A stretch of 54,466 nucleotides of DNA from a candidate division WOR-3 bacterium UBA2202 (GTDB taxonomy: Bacteria; Hydrothermota; 32-111). The stretch lies in NCBI GenBank assembly GCA_002327905.1, contig DCUY01000105.1, positions 1 through 54,466 on the forward strand, read 5' to 3'. Below the pieces are notes generated by a model that did not search any database, was not told the DNA's origin, and was given only the letters and a program-made list of their open reading frames with translations. Position 1 is the first letter of the stretch. Every line of letters begins with the position of its first letter. Shown here piece by piece: positions 16,514 to 25,547 of this stretch. The position numbers were made by a program, and so were the translations under genes.

Positions 16514-19500
16514 ATGACAAAAAAATATTTTTCCTTGTTTTTAATGATACTTATTTCACTTACAGTCTTTTCCGAACAGATAATAATTCAAATTAACAAT
16601 TCAAATGATTATAACAGAATAGTCAATGAACATGACAGCGGGTATTTTTATCACATTAAAGAAGCTTTACCTGTAATTCCTTCACAGAAATTCTATATAG
16701 AAATTGACGGAAAGGCAGTTCTTAAAGGTATTAAATTTAATGAAGGCAACAGAACTCTGCTCAGAGATGCTGTGATTTTATCCGGAGAGAATCCGCTTCC
16801 TCTAATTATGAAGCCAAAGGAGAGGTCAGTTTTAAAATCTGTAAAAAGCCGGCTCCCGGAATCCGATTATCAGATTAAAATCGGTTATAAAGACGGCAAG
16901 ACAATTTTTTACGGTTATGTCTCGGATTTTATTTATGAGGACGATATATTAAAAAAACGAAGCGGAGAATTAGTGATAGACTATTCAATTGTGAAAAACC
17001 CTGAGATAAAAAATCTGTCCAAAAGTATTTTAATAATAACTCTCGACTCACTCAAGACAAAATGGGAGGGTTATAAAGATTTTTATCCTGATTATGATGT
17101 ATCAATACTGTCAGTCAATGATATTTTAGGATTGACATCGCCCCAAGACACTTTCGTAGAGAACATAAGGGAATATATCAGTTACTGCTATGAGAATCAG
17201 GGGCTTAAAGGAGTTATTCTCGGAGCTGATGTTGATTATATTCCGGGAATTTATATTTCACTTGTAATCACTCCTGCGTTAACGGAAGAAGATCAGATCC
17301 TGATTACGGACAGATACTATTCTTGTATTGACGGAGACTGGAATTTTGACGGTGACTCATTATACGGAGAGATGGAGGATTCCATAGATTTGTTTCCTGA
17401 TGTGCTTCTCGGCAGAGTTCCTGCGAGAAACTCAGCAGATGTTGTAAATTTCCTATCAAAGGTGGCGGGTTTTAGAAATCTTGACATAGACACATTCCTC
17501 GGTGTTGCTTCATATCTTGATGCATACACTGATGGAGGGCTTAATATAGATAACATGATAACTCTGATTCCCATTACTTCACCTGTAAAAAAACTATATC
17601 AGTCACTCGGAAATTTGTCATCCGCGAGTTTTATAAATTCGCTAAATCAATCACCTATGCTTGTCACACATGACGGACACGGGAATTACAATGTGATTCA
17701 GACAGGAACCGATTATACTGATAACACAGATTTGGATTATTTGACAAATGTAAATCCGATTTTTATGTATTCACTTTCGTGCTTATCCGCCGCATATGAT
17801 GAAGACTGCGTTGCAGAGCATTTTCTACGCTCAACAGGTGGAGGATATTATCTCGGCAATTCGCGCTACGGATGGTACACGCCGTATTTCCCGGGATTCG
17901 GAACGGGAGACCTTCTCAATGGCGCTTTCTTTAAAAACATTTACAACAGCACACAGAATCCTGTTGATGCTCTCTACAGGACTTTCAATGAATACTCCTA
18001 TGAGATGAATGAGAAGAATGACTGGAGATGGCAGTTCTTCACACTCAATTATTTCGGCGACCCTATGGTTGACATAGAAACTGCAAAAGCAAAAAGCAAC
18101 ATCCAAATACAAGAGGCAATTTATAAAGACGGATATTTTTCAATGACAATGTATGTTGAGGATTCTGCTTTTGTAGAATTATCCTCAGATACTGTGATAA
18201 ACACCAAAGTCCTTTACCCGTGTGATAATGTTTTCTGCACAAAAATTGACAATTCCGATTCAATAATACTCCGCATAAAAACGCCTGAAACAGTTGACTT
18301 TGACACCGTCCTATACACTGAAGAGAATAAAGCAAAAAGCGCGTATATAAGTTCTTATGAAATAACCGAGTACAAAACGGATTCTCTTAAACTGCATATT
18401 GATTTTGTCACAGACAGCTCTGACACATACCTTTTGAAACCTCTCTCTGTTACTGATACTCTTCTGCCTGTTGTGCAGGATACTTTAATAGAGATTTCAA
18501 ATCCTTCTGACAGCGCGGAATATATATATGAAATAATCAGCCAGCCCTTAAACAGCACAATGCTTTCTTTTATAATCGGCAGTGACACTCTCTGTCTGCA
18601 ATACGGAAGAAACTTGAATGAGAGCATACTTTTCAAAGCAGTCCCTGACAAACAGCATTATTCAAACGGTGAGAGCGGACAGTTCTCTATATCCGTCAAG
18701 AATAAAGGACTGCTCAAAAATATGAATGTGGTCTTTCAAAGCGACACTGTTTTGCTGGACACTTTTCCGAATTTATCTGATGTAAAATTTAAACGGAATT
18801 TCACTGTCAGTTCCGCTTCAGCAAAAGCATATTTTTCATTTAATGTTTCAGGATATAATCAGAGCATGATTAAACAGTACGTTCTTTCAATAAATGATGA
18901 CTCTTCATATATGGATTTTGAAGACGGCAGGGAGATGGAGGTTGCAGACGGAGCGGCATCTTTCCACTTAAGCACAAACAGAGCATCGTCAGGCGACTAT
19001 TCATATTACTGCGGAGAGACATATACTCCTATTTACCCGCCTAATTATGTGACGGGAATTTATTCCGATACATTTCTATTTGACACAACATCATTTGTAG
19101 GATTTGATGCTTATATTGATATAGAGAGCGGAATGGATTATCTTGTTGTTTATCTGTATTCAGGAGATTTGTATGTTCCTGTAATAACACTCTCAGGCAG
19201 ACAAAATGCTTTCAAAACATACACATTCAATGCATCCGATTATTCAATTCTGAATGGTTTGAACACCCGTCTTGCTTTTGAGTTTTATTCGGAGGATGAC
19301 AGTTATCAGTATGAAGGAGTATATATAGATAATATTTTGATGCCCGGGGCTCTCAACTCGATGGGCATACATGAGAAGAATATACCGAGTATGTATAAAG
19401 GCATGCAGTTAAATCAGGAAGTGAGTATAAAGAATGGAATTCTATTTGCAGAGGGTTTTTCAGCTGACGCAAAATTTGACATTTTTGACCTCTCCGGAAG

Positions 19501-19630
19501 GACCGTTTCCAAGGGAATTTTAAGGAAGGGAGTTACTGCAGTCAAACTGAATGTTCCAAACGGAAAATACTTTTTCAGAGCTGTTGATTCAGGAACGGTC
19601 TTTAAAAAGTCATTCTATATTTTAAAGTAA
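16514..19630 (+). CDS. peptidase C25 (gingipain-like cysteine peptidase) family protein with T9SS C-terminal sorting domain
   Basis: C25-type region (DRYYSCIDGDWNFDGDSLYGE...FPDVLLGRVPA). Candidate dyad is His389 (THDGHGNY, codon 17678-17680) and Cys423 (SLSCLSAAYDE, codon 17780-17782), 34 residues apart. GGAGG precedes the ATG at 16514. C-terminus is ..NGKYFFRAVDSGTVFKKSFYILK. Confidence 0.75.
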   Translation: MTKKYFSLFLMILISLTVFSEQIIIQINNSNDYNRIVNEHDSGYFYHIKEALPVIPSQKFYIEIDGKAVLKGIKFNEGNRTLLRDAVILSGENPLPLIMKPKERSVLKSVKSRLPESDYQIKIGYKDGKTIFYGYVSDFIYEDDILKKRSGELVIDYSIVKNPEIKNLSKSILIITLDSLKTKWEGYKDFYPDYDVSILSVNDILGLTSPQDTFVENIREYISYCYENQGLKGVILGADVDYIPGIYISLVITPALTEEDQILITDRYYSCIDGDWNFDGDSLYGEMEDSIDLFPDVLLGRVPARNSADVVNFLSKVAGFRNLDIDTFLGVASYLDAYTDGGLNIDNMITLIPITSPVKKLYQSLGNLSSASFINSLNQSPMLVTHDGHGNYNVIQTGTDYTDNTDLDYLTNVNPIFMYSLSCLSAAYDEDCVAEHFLRSTGGGYYLGNSRYGWYTPYFPGFGTGDLLNGAFFKNIYNSTQNPVDALYRTFNEYSYEMNEKNDWRWQFFTLNYFGDPMVDIETAKAKSNIQIQEAIYKDGYFSMTMYVEDSAFVELSSDTVINTKVLYPCDNVFCTKIDNSDSIILRIKTPETVDFDTVLYTEENKAKSAYISSYEITEYKTDSLKLHIDFVTDSSDTYLLKPLSVTDTLLPVVQDTLIEISNPSDSAEYIYEIISQPLNSTMLSFIIGSDTLCLQYGRNLNESILFKAVPDKQHYSNGESGQFSISVKNKGLLKNMNVVFQSDTVLLDTFPNLSDVKFKRNFTVSSASAKAYFSFNVSGYNQSMIKQYVLSINDDSSYMDFEDGREMEVADGAASFHLSTNRASSGDYSYYCGETYTPIYPPNYVTGIYSDTFLFDTTSFVGFDAYIDIESGMDYLVVYLYSGDLYVPVITLSGRQNAFKTYTFNASDYSILNGLNTRLAFEFYSEDDSYQYEGVYIDNILMPGALNSMGIHEKNIPSMYKGMQLNQEVSIKNGILFAEGFSADAKFDIFDLSGRTVSKGILRKGVTAVKLNVPNGKYFFRAVDSGTVFKKSFYILK
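19421..19627 (+). other. type-A T9SS (Por) C-terminal sorting domain of the C25 peptidase
   Basis: Last ~69 aa: FDIFDLSGRTV...GKYFFRAV....KKSFYILK, the pattern of Por secretion tails. Confidence 0.6.
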
Positions 19631-19635
19631 GAGGT

Positions 19636-20844
19636 TCATTTGATTTTGCGGAGTTTCATTGCCACGATGAGTCCCGAAAAGGAGCTTAATGAGGCAATGA
19701 GGAAAGGAACTGAAAAAGAAAATTTATCTATCAGCGCTCCGTGAATCATTGAGACAAAATAGACAGGAGCAATCATAGTATTGAAGAATCCTATGTAGGT
19801 GGGCCTCTTCTCATCTGTGGCTATTGTTAAAAGAAGAGAGGGGCCTCCGACCTGCACTCCTGAATAAAATATTCCTGCAAGAAAAAAGAGAAGATATATA
19901 ATAAGAGTATTATATCTTGAAACATAAGCGGTTATGGGAAGCAAAAATCCCACAATTGAGGCGGCTACCAAAACATGTTTCACTGATTTTTTTCCGGCAA
20001 TATAATTCCAAAGAAAATTTGAAGAGACAAGACCTGCCATTCTCGCAACAATCATGAACCCTGCAAGAGCCGGCTTCATTCCGAGCTCTCTTATTGCATA
20101 AATCATATAAAAAGGTTCAAGAGAGGCTGTGATGCCTAAAAGGACCCTCACTGAATAAAGATACTTGAAATTTCTGTCCTTTGAAAGAACTTTGACTCCC
20201 TCCTTGAAAAACGCCTTGAAGCTCTCTGTCTTTTTCTGTTCAGTATCTGCAGGCTCTTCGGCAAGGCAGAAAGAGAAAAGGCCGATTGTCACTATGAAAG
20301 CGGCTGAAATATAAATAAGGTAAAAGTCATAAGGAGAAGAATATTTGTTTAATATGAACCTGACCGCAAATCCTCCTATGATAGATAAAATTCCGCCGAT
20401 AGCTATCCTGAGTCCCCAGAATGATGTGAGTTTTTGAGGAGATATTGTCTTGGCAACAACATCCATAAACGAGAGTCCGGCAATTCCTCCGAAAATCTGA
20501 TAGAGAAAGAGTGCCGATAGGAATATCCATAAGACTCCCGAAGGGTTCAGCATAATTACAAATGCAAGAACAAACATCATCATGGCGCGGATGAATGCGG
20601 TCCTGTCATAGATGTATTTTTTATAGGGTTTTCCTTCATGAAAATGAGCCATAAAAATCTGAGGCAGAGGCCATAGTGTGTCGTGGAACGAGGAACCGAA
20701 TCCGATTATCACATTCGATTTAGTCAATGTGCTTAGATACAGAGGCAGGATTGTTGAAGAACCTGTGAACGAATCAGTGAGGTTCATCAGTATTCCGTTC
20801 ACAATTCCGAGTATATAATTCTTTTTGATATGCGTTTTCTGCAT
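19636..20844 (-). CDS. MFS transporter
   Basis: 402 aa, ~12 TM segments. Convergent with the C25 gene with only 5 nt between the stops. Confidence 0.7.
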   Translation of the reverse strand: MQKTHIKKNYILGIVNGILMNLTDSFTGSSTILPLYLSTLTKSNVIIGFGSSFHDTLWPLPQIFMAHFHEGKPYKKYIYDRTAFIRAMMMFVLAFVIMLNPSGVLWIFLSALFLYQIFGGIAGLSFMDVVAKTISPQKLTSFWGLRIAIGGILSIIGGFAVRFILNKYSSPYDFYLIYISAAFIVTIGLFSFCLAEEPADTEQKKTESFKAFFKEGVKVLSKDRNFKYLYSVRVLLGITASLEPFYMIYAIRELGMKPALAGFMIVARMAGLVSSNFLWNYIAGKKSVKHVLVAASIVGFLLPITAYVSRYNTLIIYLLFFLAGIFYSGVQVGGPSLLLTIATDEKRPTYIGFFNTMIAPVYFVSMIHGALIDKFSFSVPFLIASLSSFSGLIVAMKLRKIK

Positions 20845-20887
20845 AAGAAGAATATTAACACGGCTTTAAGAAATGTCAAGAATTCTA

Positions 20888-20915
20888 TTGCAAAATAATT
20901 AATTTGTGATATATT
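20888..20915 (+). promoter_or_regulatory. candidate extended -10 promoter for typA
   Basis: TTGCAA 20888-20893, 16-nt spacer containing TG at 20907-20908, TATATT 20910-20915. Confidence 0.4.
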
Positions 20916-20927
20916 TACACGGAATTT

Positions 20928-22784
20928 ATGAATAAAACAATTTCTTACAATAACAAGATTAGAAATCTTGCGATCATAGCTCATGTTGACCATGGCAAGA
21001 CAACTCTTGTCGATGCAATGTTCAAGCAGAGCGGAACATTCAGGTCGAATCAGGTTGTTGAAGAGAGAGTGATGGACAAGCTTGACCTTGAGAGAGAGAG
21101 GGGAATCACAATAGCCGCCAAGAATTGTTCGATACATTATCATGACATAAAGATAAACATCATTGACACTCCCGGACATGCTGATTTCGGTAGCGAGGTG
21201 GAGAGAGCCTTGTTTATGGCTGACGGTGCAATTCTCTTGGTTGACGCATCCGAAGGACCTCTGCCTCAGACGAGGTTCGTCTTGAAAAAAGCTTTGGAAA
21301 AAGATCTGAAGATAATAGTGCTTATAAATAAAATCGACAGAAGCGATGCACGGCCGAAGGAAGTTATTGATGAAATATTCGAACTCTTCATAACTCTTGA
21401 TGCGACTGACGAACAGCTTGATTTTCCTGTCCTCTATTCAGTGGGAAGAGACGGCATGGCTAAGAAAAAACTTGAGGATGAGGGCACTGACCTTAAGCCG
21501 CTCTTTGAATTGATTGTGAATTATCTTCCCGGACCCGTCTTTGTGAAGGATGAAGTATTTCAAATGCTTGTCTGCGACCTCGGGTATTCCGATTATCTCG
21601 GAAGACTTGCAATAGGAAAAGTGATAAACGGTTCTGTTAAAAAGAATGATTCATTGGCTTGCATAGATATAGATGAAAAAGTCAATCCACTGACAGTTTT
21701 GAATCTGCAGACATACGAGGGAATCAAACTTAAAGAGATAGATGGAGCTGATCAGGGAGATATAATTGTTCTTGCAGGAATTGAGAATGTAAGAATAGGA
21801 GACACAATCTGCAACAGGGAGGCGCCGAAGTCCGCTCCGAGAATAATGATTGACGAACCGACCGTATCAATGCTTTTTACAGTGAATACTTCTCCTCTTG
21901 CAGGCAGAGAAGGGGAGTATGTGCAGTCGAGCAAACTCAGACAGCGCCTTAATAAAGAGACATTGAAGAATGTGGGAATACAGATTGAAGACGGAGCCTC
22001 TCCGAACAGTTTCAATGTGAAGGGGAGAGGAGAGCTTCAGCTGGCAATACTCATAGAAACAATGAGAAGAGAGGGATTCGAGCTGTCTGTGGGAAGACCG
22101 AAGGTTATTATGAAGGAAAAAAACGGCGAGCTTCTTGAGCCGATTGAACATATATTTATAGATGCAGAGGATTCTTATGTGGGTATTGTAACTGAGAAAT
22201 TGTCCCAGAGAAAGGGCATTCTTTCAAATATGGCTACGAATTCTTCAGGAAGAGTGAGAATGGAATTTTTAATGCCCTCAAGAGGACTCATTGGGTATCG
22301 CTCTGAATTTCTCACTGACACGAGGGGAACCGGACTGATGAACGGATATCTTCATGGATTTGAAAAATACAAAGGCGATATTCCGACGAGGCACACAGGC
22401 TCCCTTGTCTCTGAAAACAACGGAAAAGCAATTGCATACGCATTATCTCATCTTGAGACCCGCGGAATATTGTTCGTAGTTCCGAATGACCCTGTATATG
22501 AAGGAATGATAATCGGAGAGAATAATAAAGACAATGACCTGAATGTAAATCCTACAAAAGAGAAGAAGATGTCGAATATGCGTTCGGTGTCAAAAGATGA
22601 TGCGATAATGCTCACCCCTGTTATGCCTATGACTCTCGAAAAAGCAATGGAATTCATCAGGGATGATGAAATGATAGAGATTACTCCAAAGTCAATCAGA
22701 CTGAGAAAAGCCGTTTTGTCCGCAATGGAGAGAAAAAGAACAAGAGGCGAAAAATTCAAGGCCGAAGAAGACGACGACGATTAA
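20928..22784 (+). CDS. typA: translational GTPase TypA/BipA
   Basis: IRNLAIIAHVDHGKTTLVD, DTPGHADF, NKIDR, then EF-G-like domains and a BipA-type C-terminal domain. 618 aa. Confidence 0.93.
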   Translation: MNKTISYNNKIRNLAIIAHVDHGKTTLVDAMFKQSGTFRSNQVVEERVMDKLDLERERGITIAAKNCSIHYHDIKINIIDTPGHADFGSEVERALFMADGAILLVDASEGPLPQTRFVLKKALEKDLKIIVLINKIDRSDARPKEVIDEIFELFITLDATDEQLDFPVLYSVGRDGMAKKKLEDEGTDLKPLFELIVNYLPGPVFVKDEVFQMLVCDLGYSDYLGRLAIGKVINGSVKKNDSLACIDIDEKVNPLTVLNLQTYEGIKLKEIDGADQGDIIVLAGIENVRIGDTICNREAPKSAPRIMIDEPTVSMLFTVNTSPLAGREGEYVQSSKLRQRLNKETLKNVGIQIEDGASPNSFNVKGRGELQLAILIETMRREGFELSVGRPKVIMKEKNGELLEPIEHIFIDAEDSYVGIVTEKLSQRKGILSNMATNSSGRVRMEFLMPSRGLIGYRSEFLTDTRGTGLMNGYLHGFEKYKGDIPTRHTGSLVSENNGKAIAYALSHLETRGILFVVPNDPVYEGMIIGENNKDNDLNVNPTKEKKMSNMRSVSKDDAIMLTPVMPMTLEKAMEFIRDDEMIEITPKSIRLRKAVLSAMERKRTRGEKFKAEEDDDD

Positions 22785-22796
22785 TTCCGATTTTTA

Positions 22797-22824
22797 TTGA
22801 CATAAAAAACTTAATAGATAATAT
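22797..22824 (+). promoter_or_regulatory. candidate promoter placed for a leaderless or very short-leader transcript of the decarboxylase beta-subunit gene
   Basis: TTGACA 22797-22802, 16-nt spacer, TAATAT 22819-22824, ATG at 22831. No purine-rich SD in between. Confidence 0.3.
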
Positions 22825-22830
22825 ATATAT

Positions 22831-23967
22831 ATGATTTTTGACGCATTAATCAATTTTTTCAATTCTACAGGCATTGCATATCTTGATTACAGGCATATTA
22901 TAATGATTGCAATAGGCTGTTTACTGATATTTCTGTCAATAAAAAAGAACTATGAACCGATGCTCCTTCTCCCGATAGGTTTTGGAATCATAATCGGCAA
23001 TATACCTTTTATAGAGGGCCTCGGAGTGAACATATATGAAGAAGGAAGCGCTCTGAACATTTTCTTTGAGAGCGTCCACAGAAACATTTTTCCGCCTTTG
23101 ATTTTTTTGGGAATCGGAGCCATGACTGATTTCACTGCGCTCTTATCCAATCCGAAGACATTCATGCTCGGAGCCGCCGCTCAGATTGGAATTTTTGCAT
23201 CTCTCCTCTGCGCATACTATTTGGGATTTACTCTTGAAGAGAGCGCCGCAATAGGAATAATCGGAGGGGCGGACGGACCTACATCAATTTACATTGCCAC
23301 AAAACTTGCTCCGCATCTTCTCGGAGCAATAGCAATGTCCGCATATTCGTATATGGCTCTTGTGCCTGTAATTCAGCCGCCTCTGATGAAGCTCTGCACA
23401 ACCAAATCCGACAGAATAATCAAAATGAAGGCAGGAAGGGAAGTAAAAAAAATCGAACTTATCATTTTCCCGATATTCGCCTTTTTGATTTCAGCTCTTC
23501 TTGCGCCTGCGTCTCTTCCTCTTCTCGGAATGCTCTTTCTCGGCAATCTGCTGAAGGAATCGGGAGTGACTGACAGACTCGCAAAGACAGCCGCCAATTC
23601 AATCATTGACACTTCAACCATAATAATCGGCGTTGTTGTGGGAGCATCTGCGAGGGGAGATTTGTTTTTAACATGGCAGACAATAAAAGTACTTATTCTC
23701 GGATGTTTTGCATTCGCATTTTCAACTGCAGGCGGAGTCTTGTTCGTTAAATTCATAAATCTGTTTTTGAAAAAAGATGACAAAATAAATCCATTGATAG
23801 GTTCTGCAGGCGTCTCCGCATTTCCGGCTGCGGCAAGAGTGTCGCAGATGGTCGGCAGGGAGTATGACAAGAACAATCATCTTCTCATGCATGCAATGGG
23901 TGCGAATCTTGCAGGACAAATAGCCTCTGCAGTCGCCGCAGGCATACTGATATCCTTCTTTTACTGA
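22831..23967 (+). CDS. Na+-translocating decarboxylase beta subunit (OadB/GcdB/MmdB family)
   Basis: 378-aa polytopic protein with family motifs EPMLLLPIGFGIIIGNIP, GIIGGADGPTSIY and SAGVSAFPAAARV. No alpha or gamma subunit gene is adjacent. Confidence 0.85.
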   Translation: MIFDALINFFNSTGIAYLDYRHIIMIAIGCLLIFLSIKKNYEPMLLLPIGFGIIIGNIPFIEGLGVNIYEEGSALNIFFESVHRNIFPPLIFLGIGAMTDFTALLSNPKTFMLGAAAQIGIFASLLCAYYLGFTLEESAAIGIIGGADGPTSIYIATKLAPHLLGAIAMSAYSYMALVPVIQPPLMKLCTTKSDRIIKMKAGREVKKIELIIFPIFAFLISALLAPASLPLLGMLFLGNLLKESGVTDRLAKTAANSIIDTSTIIIGVVVGASARGDLFLTWQTIKVLILGCFAFAFSTAGGVLFVKFINLFLKKDDKINPLIGSAGVSAFPAAARVSQMVGREYDKNNHLLMHAMGANLAGQIASAVAAGILISFFY

Positions 23968-24080
23968 AATTAAGCAGTTTCATTACAGTCAATAATATTT
24001 TCATTCTATTCTAATATAATAATTCATATTTGCCCATATTAAATTATCTTAAATCACATTTGAAGGTATTTTCATTGATA

Positions 24081-24109
24081 TTGAAAAATATAGAATTTAA
24101 TTGTATACT
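24081..24109 (+). promoter_or_regulatory. candidate promoter of cassette unit 1
   Basis: TTGAAA 24081-24086, 17-nt spacer, TATACT 24104-24109. GGAGG at 24119-23, ATG at 24128. Confidence 0.4.
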
Positions 24110-24127
24110 TATAAAAATGGAGGCAGG

Positions 24128-25051
24128 ATGAAGAGACTGTTGACATTGTTTCTTGTGATTGGAGTATTGGGGATATACGGACAGATAACAGAGGCCGAAA
24201 TACAAGCAGAGGCAGATACAATAATTCAAACTGATACTATCGGTACTGAGAATTTGCAGATTGAAGGTGATACAGCTTCATCAATTAAAGATTCATTATT
24301 TACCGAGGAAAGCAAAAAATACCAACAAGAGATAATAGAAAAGAAGGATAGCTCAATATCATGCTGTTTAAGCGGAAAGAATCAGCCGGAACAAAAATCG
24401 AAATGGAGTTTTGGAATAGGGTATGTGGGATCGTATAATAGTGCCATTCCTGATATGTTAACAGATTATGTATTATATCAAGTTGAATGGTTCGGAGAAT
24501 TGAGTTTAAATGATTGGCTAAGGCTTTATAATTATTGGATAAATGGATTGGAATTAAGCTATTTATGGAGATTGGAAAATAAAAATTGTTTTGAATTAAA
24601 TTTTTCAACTGGATATTTTTTAGCTGGATATACGGATAATAAAGGTATATATTCTTATTATGATGGTGTAAATTCGCTAGAATATAAAACGAAATCATTA
24701 AGCAATTATTCTCTCGGATTACTTTATTCAAAGAATTGTAAATATTTTATGGGTGTGGATATTATTTATTCTTCAATTGAAGGAGAAGAAGTATATCATT
24801 TAAATAGAGTAGTCATTGACACTGTTGAAGTTAATCGTAAGGGTATAGGTGTTGGTTTTGTTGGGAAAATGAGATTTACTCCATTTTTGCAATACAAAAA
24901 AATGTCATTGAGTAGTTATATGAGTTTAAAAATTGGAGGATCGATTGAAGTTTGGAACGATTCACCCTGGAAAGATATATGGCAAAACAATAGAAAATAC
25001 ATAACAAATTATACGGGTGTTAACTTTGGAATTCAAATAAACTGGAGATGA
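24128..25051 (+). CDS. cassette protein A1: secreted protein, predicted outer-membrane beta-barrel (unassigned family)
   Basis: Signal peptide MKRLLTLFLVIGVLGIYGQ, acidic linker, CC motif, amphipathic beta-like segments (WSFGIGYVG, IGVGFVGKMRF) and aromatic C-terminus GVNFGIQINWR. The TTG start at 24101 is rejected in favour of the ATG with GGAGG. Confidence 0.55.
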   Translation: MKRLLTLFLVIGVLGIYGQITEAEIQAEADTIIQTDTIGTENLQIEGDTASSIKDSLFTEESKKYQQEIIEKKDSSISCCLSGKNQPEQKSKWSFGIGYVGSYNSAIPDMLTDYVLYQVEWFGELSLNDWLRLYNYWINGLELSYLWRLENKNCFELNFSTGYFLAGYTDNKGIYSYYDGVNSLEYKTKSLSNYSLGLLYSKNCKYFMGVDIIYSSIEGEEVYHLNRVVIDTVEVNRKGIGVGFVGKMRFTPFLQYKKMSLSSYMSLKIGGSIEVWNDSPWKDIWQNNRKYITNYTGVNFGIQINWR

Positions 25052-25055
25052 TTAA

Positions 25056-25508
25056 ATGAAAAATATATTTATTATGATTATTGTGTTACTTACTTCCATG
25101 CTCATTTATTCTGATAATATCGCCCAGATTTATGTTCACGGAACCAAATCAGAAGCAGTTCCTTTGCAAAAAAATTATGATAAACCATATACTGGCGGTT
25201 GGACAACATGGTATCCATTGGATAAGGATAGCAATTTAGATTTTCCTACAGCAATGACTCAAATCGTTGAGGGGGGATACGATGGTTATAAATATGGAAA
25301 AACAGTAGATGGCGAATATGCCGTTATGTGTGATAAGAATACTGAATTAATGATTACGAATTATCCAAAATCAGTTTACAATTTTTCATATTATAGACAA
25401 GATGGAGAAAAGGGAGTAATTGGAAGCGGAAGCAATGGTCGACTTAAATGTATGGTTCAAAAAAATGTTCGAATAAAATCCGCAATTAGATTGCTTGATA
25501 ATTCATGA
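25056..25508 (+). CDS. cassette protein B1: small secreted protein (unassigned family)
   Basis: 150 aa with signal peptide. Motifs IYVHGTKSE, GGWTTWYP, GYDGYKYGK and NFSYY. ~80% identical to B2 and alignable to the N-terminus of the 1981-aa protein. Confidence 0.6.
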   Translation: MKNIFIMIIVLLTSMLIYSDNIAQIYVHGTKSEAVPLQKNYDKPYTGGWTTWYPLDKDSNLDFPTAMTQIVEGGYDGYKYGKTVDGEYAVMCDKNTELMITNYPKSVYNFSYYRQDGEKGVIGSGSNGRLKCMVQKNVRIKSAIRLLDNS

Positions 25509-25522
25509 CAAAGTGCTAATAT
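25495..25522 (+). promoter_or_regulatory. candidate promoter of cassette unit 2, overlapping the B1 3' end
   Basis: TTGATA 25495-25500, 16-nt spacer, TAATAT 25517-25522. The homologous position before unit 3 has TTGACA. Confidence 0.4.
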
Positions 25523-25547
25523 TGGATTATTATAATCAGGAGGCAGG

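Larger units (their letters stand above)
24111..25530 (+). repeat. tandem cassette unit 1 (A1+B1), ~1.42 kb
   Basis: RBS/start block ggaggcaggatgaag.., the 5' ~300 nt of A, and most of B recur in unit 2. Confidence 0.8.

Noticed and set aside
20799-21179. 126-aa minus-strand ORF spanning the MFS/typA divergent region
   Set aside because: It overlaps the conserved 5' end of typA in antisense and the promoter region, and shows no SD or motif.
24101-24127. Upstream extensions of ORF-track starts (24101, 16463, 13469, 15366, 9208, 44864, 39473, 2209, 3692)
   Set aside because: Most begin at TTG/GTG without an SD, overlap the preceding gene or a promoter or hairpin, and add non-conserved residues ahead of a clear signal peptide or family N-terminus. 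An internal ATG with a GGAGG-type SD was preferred.
25056-25508. B1/B2 as small active lipases/esterases
   Set aside because: They share the IYVHG strand with alpha/beta hydrolases, but neither has a GxSxG nucleophile elbow. At ~130 mature residues they are also too short for the fold.
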